Below, one piece after another: positions 22,224 to 34,077 of a stretch of 64,000 bases of DNA. Within the stretch, counting starts at the first letter, position 1; the number at the start of each line of letters is the position of its first letter. The notes under the pieces are model-generated. The model worked only from the letters and a program-made list of their open reading frames with translations. It did not search any database and was not told where the DNA came from. Source of the stretch: Squalus acanthias. Taxonomy: Eukaryota. The stretch lies in NCBI GenBank assembly GCA_030390025.1, contig JASTWF010000584.1, positions 62,001 through 126,000 of the forward strand, written 5' to 3'. Made by a program: the position numbers and the translations under genes.

Positions 22224-24699
22224 TTTAATCTACATATAGATTGGGCTAACCAAATTAGTAACAATACTGTGGAGGAGGAATTCCTAGAGTGTATACGGGA
22301 TGGTTTCCTGGACCAATATGTCGAGGAACCAACTAGAGATCAGGCCATCTTAGACTGGGCATTATGTAATGAGAAAGGATTAATTAGCATTCTTGTTGTG
22401 CGAGGCCCCTTGGGGAGGAGCGATCATAATATGATAGAATTCTTCATTCAGATGGAGAGTGAAGTAGTTGACTTAGAGACTAGGGTCCTGAATTTAAATA
22501 AAGGAAACTATGATGGTATGAGGCGCGAGTTGGCTAGGGTGGATTGGGGAGCGTTACTTAAAGGGTTGATGGTGGATAGGCAATGGCAAGCATTTAAAGA
22601 TTGCATGGATGAACTACAGAATTTGTTTATCCCTGTTTGGCATAAAAATAAAACAAAAAAGGTGACTCAACCGTGGCTAACAAGGGAAATTAGGGATAGC
22701 ATACGATCCAAGGAGAGGACAAATAAATTGGCCAGAAAAAGCAGCAAACCTGAGGATTGGGAGCAGTTTAGGATTCAGCAAAGGAGGACAAAGGGATTAA
22801 TTAAGAGGGGGAAAATAGAGTATGAGAGTAAGCTGTCAGGGAACATAAAAATTGACTGTAAAAGCTTCTATAGATATGTGAAGAGAAAAAGATTGGTGAA
22901 GTCAAGCGTAGGTCCCTTGCAGTCAGAATCAGGGGAATTTATAATGGGGAACAAAGAAATGGCTGACGAATTAAATACTTACTTTGGTTCTGTCTTCACA
23001 AAGGAGGACACAAATAAATTCCCAGAGATGTCGGGGAACATAGGGTCTAATGAGAGGGAGGAATTGAATGAAATCACTATTTGTAGGGAAATGGTGTTAG
23101 GGAAATTGACGGGATTGAAGGCCGATAAATCCCCAGGGCCTGATAATCTACATCCTAGGGTACTTAAGGAAGTGGCCCTAGAAATAATAGATGCATTGCT
23201 GGTCATCTTTCAAAATTTTATAGACTCTGGAACAGTTCCCATGGATTGGAAGGTAGCGAATGAAACCCCACTATTTAAAAAAGGTGGTAGAGAAAAAACG
23301 GGGAATTATAGACCGGTAAGCCTGACATCAGTAGTGGGCAAAATGCTACAGTCCATTATAAAAGATGTAATAGCAGAGCACTTGGAAAACAGTGACAGGA
23401 TTGGACAAAGTCAACATGGATTTACAAAAGGGAAATCATGCCTGACTAATCTACTGGAATTTTTTGAGGATGTAACTGGTAGAATAGATATGGGAAAAAC
23501 AGTGGATGTGGTGTATTTGGACTTTCAGAAGACTTTCGATAAGGTCCTGCATAAGAGATTAGCGTGCAAAGTTAAAGCACATGGGATTGGGAGTGAGGTA
23601 CTGATTTGGATAGAGAACTGGTTGGCAGACAGGAAGCAAAGAGTTGGAATAAATGGGTCTTTTTCCGAGTGGCAGGCAGTGACTAGTGGGGTACCACAGG
23701 GATCGGTGCTAGGACCCCAGTTATTCACAATATATATTAATGATCTAGACGAGGGAACTAGATGTAATATCTCTAAGTTTGCAGATGACACAAAGCTGGG
23801 TGGGCGTGTGTGCTGTAAGGAAGATGCAGAGAAACTTCAGTATGATTTGCACAGGTTGGGTGATTGGGCAGATGCGTGGCAGATGCAGTATAATGTGGAT
23901 AAATGTGAGGTTATCCACTTTGGTGGCAAAAACAGGAAGACAGATTATTATCTGAACAGCAATAGATTGGGAAAAGGGGAAGTGCAACGAGATCTGGGAG
24001 TCCTTGTGCACCAGTCACTGAAGGTAAGCATGCAGGTGCAGCAGGCGGTTAAGAAGGCAAATGGTATGTTGGCCTTCATAGCGAGACGATTCGAGTACAG
24101 GAGCAAGGATGTCTTGCTGCAGTTATACAAGGCCTTGGTGAGACCACACCTTGAGTATTGTGTGCAGTTTTGGTCGCCTTATCTGAGGAAGGAGGTTCTT
24201 GCCATGGAGGGAATGCAGCGAAGATTTACCAGACTGATACCTGGGATGGCAGGAATGACGTATGAAGAGAGATTGGGTCGATTAGACTTATATTCGCTAG
24301 AGTTTTGAAGAATGAGAGGGGATCTCATTGAAACTTATAAAATTCTAACAGGACTAGACAGACTAGATGCAGGAAGGATGTTCCCGATGGCGGGGGAGTC
24401 CAGAACCAGAGGTCACAGTCTAAGGATAAGGGGTGACTGAGATGAGGAGGAAATTCTTCACCCAGAGAGTGGTGAACCTGTGTAACTCTCACCACAGAAG
24501 GCAGTTGAGGCCAATTCATTAAATATATTCAAGAAGGAGTTAGATATATTTCTTAAGGCTAACGGGACAAAGGGATATGGGGAGAAAGCAGGGACAGGGT
24601 ACTGAATTTGGATGATCAGCCATGATCTCATTGAATGGCGGAGCAGGCTCGAGGGGCCGAATGGCCTACTCCTGCTCCTATCTTCTGTGCTTCTATGCT
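22224..24699 (+). mobile_element. Young 5'-truncated CR1 LINE, arm A only
   Basis: About 695 uninterrupted ORF2 codons (ORF 22185-24308) and a 3' tail. Empty site in arm B near 57245. Confidence 0.93.
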
Positions 24700-25732
24700 A
24701 ATATTCATGATTCTAACAGGAAAGAAAATGAGTTGCTGATAAGGAACTTAAATCATGGAATCACGGAATCTTAAAACACTTTGAAGGAGCGATCCAATTA
24801 CTCTCACCCCCCTGCTCTTTCCTCATAGCCCTGCAAATTTTTCCACTTCAAGTGTTTATCCAATTCCCTTTTGAAAGTTACCATTGAATCTGCTTCCACC
24901 GCCCTTTCAGGCAGCGCATTCCAGATCAGAACAACTCGCTGCGTAAAAATAATCCTCCTCACCTCCCCTTGGCTTGGATTGTAATCATCACTGTCGGGCT
25001 ATAGTTGAATTTCTCCACCAAAGAGACAGCACAGGCATGATGGGCTGAATGAACTCTTTCTGCAATATAAGATTCTATGATTCTGTGAAATGTAACTGCA
25101 GAGCAGACCAGAGGCAAACAGTGAAACTCTGTATATTTGAGACCTTAATACATTTCCTGGTATGCCTTTTTCTATCTTTCAGTTATTTTGCACCCTTATA
25201 GTGGTTGCTATCATGGTGAGAATGGGCAGGAAGCTGAACTGCCTGTCTATTCTAAGTGCTGCTGTGTTGTCTTCAGGGCGATTTCTCACTAAAATCAGCA
25301 AAAGACACAAATTTCAGGACTTTGCTATTGGAACTCTAGCATCGGGAGAGATTTCTTCCCTCAGTTTTTATCCCCCTTCTCTCCTCGACCCGTTTCCCCC
25401 TGTGCTCGGTGACCTACATTGGCTCCCGGGCCGGCAACACTTTGAATTTAAAATCCTCATCCTCGATTTCAAATCGCCCCGTGGCCTCGCTCCACTCCCC
25501 ATCTCTGTAACCTCCTCCAGCCCTGCAACCCTCCAAGATGTCTGTGCTCCTCCAAGTGTTGCCAGACTAGAAAATGTATGTCAGCAGGCAGTGGCGTGAT
25601 GGGTGAACGGGACTTGGTGCGAGTTACTACGTTGGGTCACTGCTGAATGTGGTCCCCAATCATTGCTCAATCAGAATGATCTTGAGCAAAGACAATTAAC
25701 CATAAATATGTCCAAGCAGACGATGATATTAC

Positions 25733-25772
25733 CTTGGAGAAGTGACAGGAGGCAGTAAGATATCCTGATCAT
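25733..25772 (-). CDS. Siglec-like gene A, leader (signal peptide) coding segment of exon 25814-25733
   Basis: tttctgtttcag| acceptor, ATG ATC AGG...CAA G|gtaat. Encodes MIRISYCLLSLLQ, which joins in phase 1 to AVLSQEWKG. Confidence 0.88.
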
Positions 25773-25893
25773 TGTCTGCTCCCAGATATTTCTTCAACTT
25801 CTCACCCTCAAGGTCTGAAACAGAAAGGAGTTAATGAGACCTCACCTCTTGCCCAATAGCGCTCAAGAGATCAAAACTGCTTTTAGACAAATT

Positions 25894-26637
25894 GGCCCAG
25901 AAATTGATCTCGCTCTGTTCCCGCGGGGGTAAGGCTTCCCCGCGATCTCTCACCTCGCTTGTGCTTTTTCAGATCCAGCTCGCACGAACTTGATATTCCA
26001 GACATCAGCTGGGCAGTGCTTGCGTATCCCAGCGGCATAGTGAATTCGTGCGAGCTGTGGGATCACGTGACTCAGTTAGAGCCAATGGCAGCACACCATC
26101 TTCCATTCATAAGTTTCACAAAAGTGCTGTGAAATCTATGAATCTTACACCCCCCCAAAATAACAGCTAAACCTCAATTAAATTTAAAAAAAACCCCATC
26201 ACATTAATAAAATAAGTATAGTTAATTAAATTAACCATTTTAAATAAAAAATTAAATTTTTGAAAAAATTTAAAATCTTTTAAAAGGTTATAAAAATAAA
26301 CTTACCTGTCTTTAAAGTCTCTAAAAAAGATATACCTGTTAAAAAAAATTCAAAAAAATACTTAATTCACTACTTACCTTCTTAAAAGTGGGTCTTACTC
26401 CTCCTTTTTACATTTCTAAAATCTTCAGTACTTACCTGCGCGTCCAAAGCATGAAGTGCACAGCGTGCGCGCAGCCTGTAGCGCGCACGCGATGCACCGA
26501 GGAACCGCCCCCTTTTCAAAAGAGCAATTGCCGGTTTTCAGCGCATGCGCAGGGCATGCAGAAAACTGGCAATTGGAGTGGGAATACGCAAGAGTACGCA
26601 GTGCGTACTCTCGCGTCCCGGGATGAATTTCTGGGCC
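25894..26637. mobile_element. 744-bp Harbinger-type MITE, arm A only
   Basis: 12-bp TIR GGCCCAGAAATT. Empty site in arm B near 56027. Same family as 62960-63703. Confidence 0.9.
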
Positions 26638-26714
26638 AATGTCTTCACAGACAAATTGATTCAACGTGGGATGATAGGTGCTCTGCAGTGAGTTACAAGG
26701 CTTTAAGTAAGAAA

Positions 26715-27600
26715 AACTTGCATTTCTATAGCGGCTTTCACTACCTCAGGACGTCCCAAAGCGCTTTACAGCCAATGAAGTACTTTTTGAAGTGTTGTCA
26801 CTGTTGTAATGCAGGAAAGGTGTCAGCCATTTTGCGCACAGCAAGCTCCCACAAATATAATGTGATCATGACCAGGTCATCTGGTTTTCAGTGATGCTGG
26901 TTGAGGGATAAATATTGGCCCCAGGGCATCGGGGAGAACTCCCCTGCTTTTCTTCCAAATAGTGTCATGGGACCTTTTAGGTTCAGCTTAAAGGGCAAAC
27001 AGGGCCTCAATTTAACTTCCCATCCGAAAGACGGCACCTCCGACAGTGCAACACTCCCTCAGTACAGCACGCTAACAGTGCAGCACTCCCTCAGTACTGC
27101 CCTTCCGACAGTGCGGCAATCCCTCAGTACTGCCACTCCGACAGTGCAGCACTCCCTCAGTACTGCCCTTCCGACAGTGCGGCAATCCCTCAGTACTGCC
27201 CCTCCGACAGTGCAGCACTCCCTTGGTACTGCCCCTCCAACAGTGCAACGCTCCCTCAGTACTGCCCGTGCAACAGTGCAGCACTCCCTCAGTACTGCCC
27301 CTCTGACAATGCAGCGCTCCTTCAGTACTGCCCCTCCTACAGTGCAGCACTCACTCAGTACTGCCCCTCCGACAGTGCAGCGCTCCCTCAGTACAGCCCC
27401 TCCGACAGTGCAGCACTCCCTGAGTACTGCCCCTCCGACAGTGCTGCGCTCCCTCAGTACTGCCCCTCCGACAGTGCAGCACTCCCTCAGTACTGCCCCT
27501 CCGACAGTGCAGCGCTCCCTCAGTACTGCCGCTCTGACAGTGCAGCTCTCCCTCAGTACTGGCCCTGGGCACTTCAGCCTGGATCTTGTGCTCAAGTCTC
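26715..27600 (-). mobile_element. DeuSINE (SacSINE1-like) with internal minisatellite expansion
   Basis: Deu-type core and a ...tatagaaatgcaagt tail. Mirror copy at 54598-55950. Confidence 0.8.
27040..27560. repeat. 33-bp minisatellite, about 16 copies
   Basis: Unit cagtactgcccctccgacagtgcagcactccct. Confidence 0.95.
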
Positions 27601-27789
27601 TGGACTTCCCTTGTTCCCTGAACTAGAAAGATGTCCTGTACGACAGACTTCAGCCCTAAGCCCAGATCTCAGTAATAAGTAGAAATCTTGAGAAGGCATC
27701 AATCATTGGAATCTGTCTTTATAAACTCACAACACCAAAAAAGGACGACGTTGTTCATGGAAGTGAATTGCAATCATTCCGTTACTTAC

Positions 27790-27916
27790 CCAGGGTCTGT
27801 CCGACTGCTCACCTGGAGAGTAATTGCTGACACGCAGTGCTGGGCACCAATGACCTCTTCCTTCGCTGCTCTGTCTATTTATTTAGAAAGTGTTGACTGT
27901 AGTCAAATGAGGAAAC
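27790..27916 (-). promoter_or_regulatory. Predicted promoter and non-coding exon 1 of gene A
   Basis: Unique sequence conserved with arm B. Ets/PU.1-like GAGGAA, AATAAATA at the TATA position, donor ccctgg|gtaagt at 27790. Confidence 0.55.
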
Positions 27917-28039
27917 AGGGAATTATTGAGAAAACATCACTTTTTCTTGCGTTCTTGGCAAACCGTTAACCCTTTGTGTCCTGACACTGTGACGATATTT
28001 CTGCTCAAAGCTGGGCAGCCATTGACATGGAGTTTCTAC

Positions 28040-28143
28040 CGTGGCTCAGTGGGTTGTGCACTCACACTTGCCTCTGAGTCAGAAAGTCATGTGTTCAAGT
28101 CCCCACTCCAGAGACTTGAGCCCCATAATCCAGGCCGACACTT
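28040..28143 (+). mobile_element. tRNA-derived SINE head, followed by a Harbinger-type MITE end at about 28145
   Basis: A-box tggctcagtgg and B-box-like gttcaagtcc. Mirror at 54060-54162, where the rest of the SINE survives at about 53550-53720. Confidence 0.7.
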
Positions 28144-28559
28144 CGGGGGTGATTTTCTCAATGGGAAGCTTTTGGAGGCGGGACTCCCACTTGTTGGGTT
28201 TCAGTCCCGCCTCCATCAGCTTCTGGCCAATTAGCGGGATTTTCCCCTGATTAACCTTGTTAAGCCCGCCCGGCGGGCTCAGCAGGCCAATTAGGGCGAA
28301 GCCGGTGGCAGAGCACGTCAATGTGTGACGTGTCATCTGTCAAGAATTTTTGAAAGAAGAAATGTCATCGTTTGAAAGCTCTGTGAAGCTGACAGACACT
28401 GACATTCTGTGTAGTTTGATGAGGTCTTGCATACAAGACCTCATCAACCTTCTTTCTTTTACAGAAATGAGATGTTTGTTGCATATGAGAATGCAAAGGA
28501 CATCTCTCATCTGCAACATGGAGGTGCGAGACTCTCCGTATAGAAACCGACTGAAGCCT

Positions 28560-30117
28560 GCAGGAGATTGTTGGAGATGGTCATTGCCACTTGCCTGGCA
28601 TGAATGTTGCTTGCCACTTATCAGCCCAAGCCTGAATGTTGTCCTGGTTTTGCTGCATGCGGGAACGTACTGCTTCATTATCTGAGGAGTTGCGACTGGC
28701 ACTGAACACTGTGCAATCATCAGCAAACATCCCCACTTCTGACCTTATGATGGAGGGAATGTCATTAATGAAGCAGCTGAAGATGGTTGGGCCTAGGACA
28801 CTGCCCTGAGAAACTCCTGTAGTGATGTCTTGGGGCTGACAGGATTGACCTCTAACAACCACAACCATCTTCCTTTGAGTTAGGTATGATTCCAGCCCGT
28901 GGAGATTTCTCCCTCTGATTCCCATTAACATCAATTTTACTCGGGCTCCTTGATGCCGCACTCAGTCAACTGCTGCCTTAATGTCAAGAGCAGTCACTCT
29001 CACCTCACCTCTAGAATTCAGCTTTTTTTTCCATGTTTTGAACAAGGCTGTAATGAGGTCTGGAGCCGAGTGGTCCTGGCCGGAACCCAAACTGGGCATC
29101 ATTGAGCAGGTTATTGGTGAGTAAGTGCCGCTTGATAGCACTGTTGATGAGACCTTCCATCACTTTGCTGATGATTGAGAGTAGGCTGATGGGTGGTACT
29201 GGGCCAGATTGGATTTGTCCTGCTTTTTGTGGACAGAACATACCTGGGCAATTTTTCACTTTGTCAGGTAAATGCCAGTGTTATAGCTGTACTGCTGGAA
29301 CATGTTGGCTCGAGGCATGACTAGTTTTAGAGCACAAGTCTGAAGATAGCTGGGATGTTGTCAGGGATGATGAAGACTGGCTTCTGTGATGGTGGGGACC
29401 CCAGGAGGAGGCCGAGATGGATCACTCACTCGGCACTTCTGGCTGAAGATGGTTGCAAATGCTTCAGCCTTGTCTTTAGCACTCACGTGCTGGGCTCCAC
29501 CATCATTGAGGATGGAGATGTTCATGGAGCCTCCTCTTCCCGTTAGTTGTCTCATTGTCCACCACCATTCACGACTGGATGTGGCAGGACTGCAGAGCTT
29601 TGACCTGATCCGTTGCTTGTGGGATCACTTAACTTTGTCTATAGCCTGTTGCTTCCACTGTTTAGCATGCATGTAGTCCTGTGTTGTAGCTTCACCAGGT
29701 TGGCATCTCATTTTTAGGTACGCCTGGTGCTGCTCCTGGAATGTTCTTCTACATTTCTCATTGAACCAGGGTTGGTGCCCTGACTTGATGGTAAATGATG
29801 TTACAGATTGTGGTGGAATACAATTCTGCTGCTGCTGATGGCCCACAGCACCTCATGGATGCCCAGTTTTGAGCTGCTAAATCTGGTCTGAATCTATCCC
29901 ATTTAGCACGGTGGTAGTGCCACACAACACGATGGAGGGTGTCCTCAGTTTGAAATGGGAATTTGTCTCCACAGGGCCTGTGCGCTGGTCACTGCTACCA
30001 ATATTCTCATGGACAGGTGCATCTGCAACAGGTAGATTGGTGAGAACGAGGTCAAGTAGGCTTTTCCCTCGTGTTGCTTCTCTCACCATCTGCCGCAGGC
30101 CCAGTCTGGCAGCCATG
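28560..30117 (-). mobile_element. Degenerate LINE of the second family (EN-RT middle part)
   Basis: QGSVLGP, FINDI and MFADD motifs. Homologous to 7650-9743. Confidence 0.85.
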
Positions 30118-30119
30118 CG

Positions 30120-33100
30120 GTCTGCACAGAGTGGTTTTAAACGGAGTGCCCCTAAACAGAGTGTAAAAGTTGGCAATTTGGAGAGAGTGGGAATTTGGTG
30201 CAGCGGGGGAAGGAAGTGTTGCTTCTTGCCTCCAATACTTATCGTGGTTCGTGTTACAGGGAAATATTTAATTTAATCTATCTATAACTTAAACTAGAGC
30301 AAGTAAGTAGTAAAAAAACGAAACTATAAGCTAAGTTAATTAAATACGTCAACTTTAATTAAATAAATAAATAAAACATGGTTGTATGGGGATGGCAGTG
30401 CAGGTGGTGTGCCGCAACTGCAGCATGAGGGAGTTTGTGGCGAGCATTGCGATCCTGGACAATCACTTCTGCAGGAAGTGTCTGCACCTCAACGAACCTC
30501 AGCTCAGAGTTGTTGAGCTCTAGTCCAAGGTGCAGACATTGCGGGGAATCAGGGAGGGGGAGAGTTACCTGAACAGTTTTATGCAGGAGGCAGTCGCTCC
30601 AGTTAGGTTAGGTAGTGGTACAGGTCTGGTTAGTGATCAGGGGCAGGAGGGTGTGACTGCAACTCAGGCAGGTAAGGGGTCTCCAGCTACAGCGCTGGAG
30701 GAGCCTCGGCCTTAGCTCTGATCCGACAGGTATGAGGTTCTGAAATAAAAACAGAAAATGCTGGAAATACTCAGCAGGTCAGGCAGCATCTGTGGAGAGA
30801 GAAACAGAGTTAATGTTTCAGGTCGAAGACCTTTCGTCAGGTACGAGGTTTTTGCTGCCTGTGTGGATGAGGGCAACGTCTGCAGGGTGGATGAGCAAAC
30901 TGCCCGTGGCCCCATGGTACAGGAGGCCATTTAAGTGGGAGGAGAGAAAAGGAATGTTTTAGTGTTAGGGGACAGTATAGTCAGGGTGTCTGAAGGCTGT
31001 ATTGTCTGTCAGGCTTAAGGATCTCTCCGTGTGGCTGGAGAGGAATGTGGAATGGGAGGGGGAGAATCCAGTTGTCATGGTCCCACACAGGAACCAATGA
31101 CATAAGTAGAACTAGGAATGAGATTCTGCTGAGAGAGTTTACAGAGCTAGGGTCGAAATTAAACCACAAAACCTCACAGGTAATAATCACTGGATTGTTA
31201 CCAGAGTCATGCACAAATTGTCACAGGGACAAGTAGATTAGAAGGTTAAACACGTGGCTGAAAGAGTGGTGTGGGATGGAAGGGTTTCAATTCATGGGGC
31301 AATGGCACCAGTCCTGGGGAAAGAGGGAGCTGTTCTGCTGGGATGGGCTCCATTTAAACCGAGCTGGGATCAGTATCCTGGCGAATGCAATAACTAGGGT
31401 GGTAGATAGGGTTTTAAACTAATGAAGCGGGGATGGGAGGATTCAGGAAAGAGTAAATTCAAAAGCAGTAGGAGAAATGTCAAGTCTGAAGAGCAGAGTA
31501 GTGATTTGGGTAAAAATAAGCAGAGTGGGGCAGGAAGGGACAGAGAGCTTAATAAAGGTAATAGAGTATCAGTGATTAAGGTGATATCAGGGAAAAATAG
31601 AAAAAGTTAAAGCTAAAGGGACTATATCTGAATGCGCGAAGCATTCGCAACAAAATAGATGAATTAATAGTACAGGTAGAAATAAATGGGTTTGATCTAA
31701 TATCCATTATGGAGACTTGGTTGCAGAGCTTGAACACAGAGCTTGGAGACAGAGCTGGGAGAATGCAATCGGAGTGGATCGCAAGCAGACTGGAAGAATT
31801 TGGTGAGAGCAAGAATCGGTGGAGAGGAGAAATTTACTGGCAGGTATCAGGTAAGTTAGGTAAATAATCATCAGATTGGAATTTGGCTTTGTCTTGAAAC
31901 ATACATGAAACTGCATGGTCAGTGGCAGTTCGCAGTTAACAGCTATCAGCTGCAGAGTGAAAGAATTTGGTGAGAGCAGGAATTCGGTGGAGAGGAGGAA
32001 GGCGGTTGAGACGTCTAACTGAAAAGGAGGAATGGAGCCACAGAACCCAAGGACTCTAAGTTAATAGGCACCAGAGTGCACCTGCGGGAAAGCGAGAGGA
32101 GCGGCCGCAGATAAAGGTAGGCCCAAGAGCCTGGAGTGCGAGCGTCAGGGAGCGAGATCAAATACATAAAGTGACGTCAGCACAAGGGAAGGAGCTGATT
32201 TGTGAGTAGCTTGTGATTTTTTTTGAAGTCTTGAGTTTATTTCTGTTAAGTTAATTAATAGTCTATTAAGTAGAGACATGGCAGGGCACCTCAGTCCCGT
32301 GGAATGCACATCTTGTGCCATGTGGGAACTCCAGGACGCTTCCCGTGTCCTGGACATCCACATGTGCAGGAAGTGTCGTCAGCTGTAGGAATTCAAGCTC
32401 CAGGTTTCGGAACTTGAGCAGCAGCTGGCGTCACTGTGGTGCATCCGTGAGGCTGAGAGCTCCGTGGATAGCACGTTTCAGGAGGTGGTCACCCCGCAGC
32501 GTAAGAGTGTGCAGGCAGAGAGGGAATGGGTGACCGTCAGACAGACAAGGTGGACCAGGCAGGCAGTGCAGGAGTCTCCTGAGTGCATCTCACTCTCCAA
32601 CCCGTATTCTGGTGAGGGCGATGGAACCTCTGGGGAGTGCAGCCAGAGCCAAGTCCACGGCACCACGGGTGGCTCAGCTGTACGGGTGGGTGGTGGTAGT
32701 GAGGAGGAAGATCGGGAAAATGACAGGAGATTCAATAGTTAGTGGAACAGACAGGTGTTTCTGTGGCCGTAAACATGATTCCAGGATGGTATGTTGCCTC
32801 CCTCGTGCCTGGGTCAAGGATGTAACTGAGTAGCTGCAGAACATTCTGAGGGCGGAGGGTGAACAGCCAGAGGTGGTGGTGCCAGGATCACTGACATAGG
32901 TAGAAAGAGCGATGAGGTCCTGCAAGCAGATTTTAGGGAGCTAGGAAAGAGATTAAAAAGCAGCACCTCAAAGGATGTAATCTCTGGATTACTCCCTGTG
33001 CCACGAGCTAGTGAGTATAGAAATAGGAGGATAGAGCAGATGAATGCGTGGCTGGAGACATGATGCAGGAGGGAGGGCTTTAGATTCCTGGAACATTGGG

Positions 33101-34077
33101 ACCGGTTCTGGGGGAGGTGGGACCTTTACAGGCGGGACGGGTTGCACCTCAACAGAGCTGGGAGCAATGTCCTCGTGGGGTGAATGGGGGGTCGGGGGGG
33201 GTTTGTTAGTGCTGTTGGGGAAGGTTTAAACTCATTTCGCAGGTGGGTGGGCACCAGGATGGAGCATTAGAAAGGAGAAACAAGGTGCACAAAGGATTGG
33301 GAGCGACAGATAGCACTAGACTAAGAAATAGTACGGTTTTAGGTGGGGTCAGACTAAGAGAGGATACAAGAAGATCTAAGACAGGTTTACAGTGCATGTG
33401 TGTGAATGTACGAAGCGTGGTAAATAAGGTTGGTGAGCTGCAGGTGCAGATATCCACATGGGAACATGATGTTGTGGCGATAACAGAGACCTGGCTCAAA
33501 AAAGGACAGGATTGTGTTTTAAATATTCCTGAATATAAGGTGTTCAGGAAAGATAGGGAAGGAAAGAAAGGAGGTGGGGTGGCAGGATTGATTAAGGAGA
33601 ATATTACAGTGTTGGAGAGAGAGAGAGGACGTCCTAGAGGGGTCAAGGACAGAATCTATTTGGTTAGAGTTAAGAAACAACGTAAGCGCCATTACACTAC
33701 CAGATGTATTCTATAGGCCACCAAGTATTGGGAAGGATATAGAGGAGAAAAGTTGCAGTGAAATTACAGAGAGGTGTAAGAACTATAGAGTAGTGATAAT
33801 GGGGGACTTCAGCTATCCTAATAGAGATTGGGATAGTAATAATGTAAAGAGCAGAGAAGGGGATGAATTTCTGAAGTGTGTTCAGGAGAACTTTCTTGAT
33901 CAGTACATTTCCGGCCCAAAGAGGAATGAGGCATTGCTGGATCTCGTCCTGGGGAATGAGATGAGTCAAGAGGAGCAAGTGTCAGTAAGGGAACGTTTAG
34001 GGAACGGTGATCATAGTGTCATTAGGTTTCGATTAGCTATGAACAAGGACAGGGTGCAATCTAGAGTAAAAATACTT
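30120..34077 (+). mobile_element. Two stacked CR1 5' portions (5'UTR, ORF1, start of ORF2)
   Basis: Cys-rich ORF1 N-terminus (CxxC...HxCRKC), GDS esterase motif and NARS endonuclease start. Confidence 0.85.
30742..30840 (-). mobile_element. Short Penelope-like terminal fragment with a hammerhead core
   Basis: Nearly the same as 48450-48545. CTGACGA-stem II-GAAA on the minus strand. Flanked by duplicated caggta(t/c)gaggtt. Confidence 0.75.

Larger units (their letters stand above)
15700..34077. repeat. Left arm of large inverted segmental duplication
   Basis: Collinear reverse-complement match of unique sequence and TE junctions to about 48390-64000, e.g. 18731-19096 with 59857-60225, 25733-25814 with 56103-56184, 31620-34077 with 48390-53146. 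Confidence 0.95.

Noticed and set aside
25162-25599. Conserved ORF pair (with 56271-56861)
   Set aside because: Antisense and intronic, partly a LINE fragment. The similarity is explained by the duplication.
26901-27626. Mucin-like or Cys-rich ORFs here and at 54562-55678
   Set aside because: They are translations of a 33-bp SINE minisatellite that is open in several frames on both strands.
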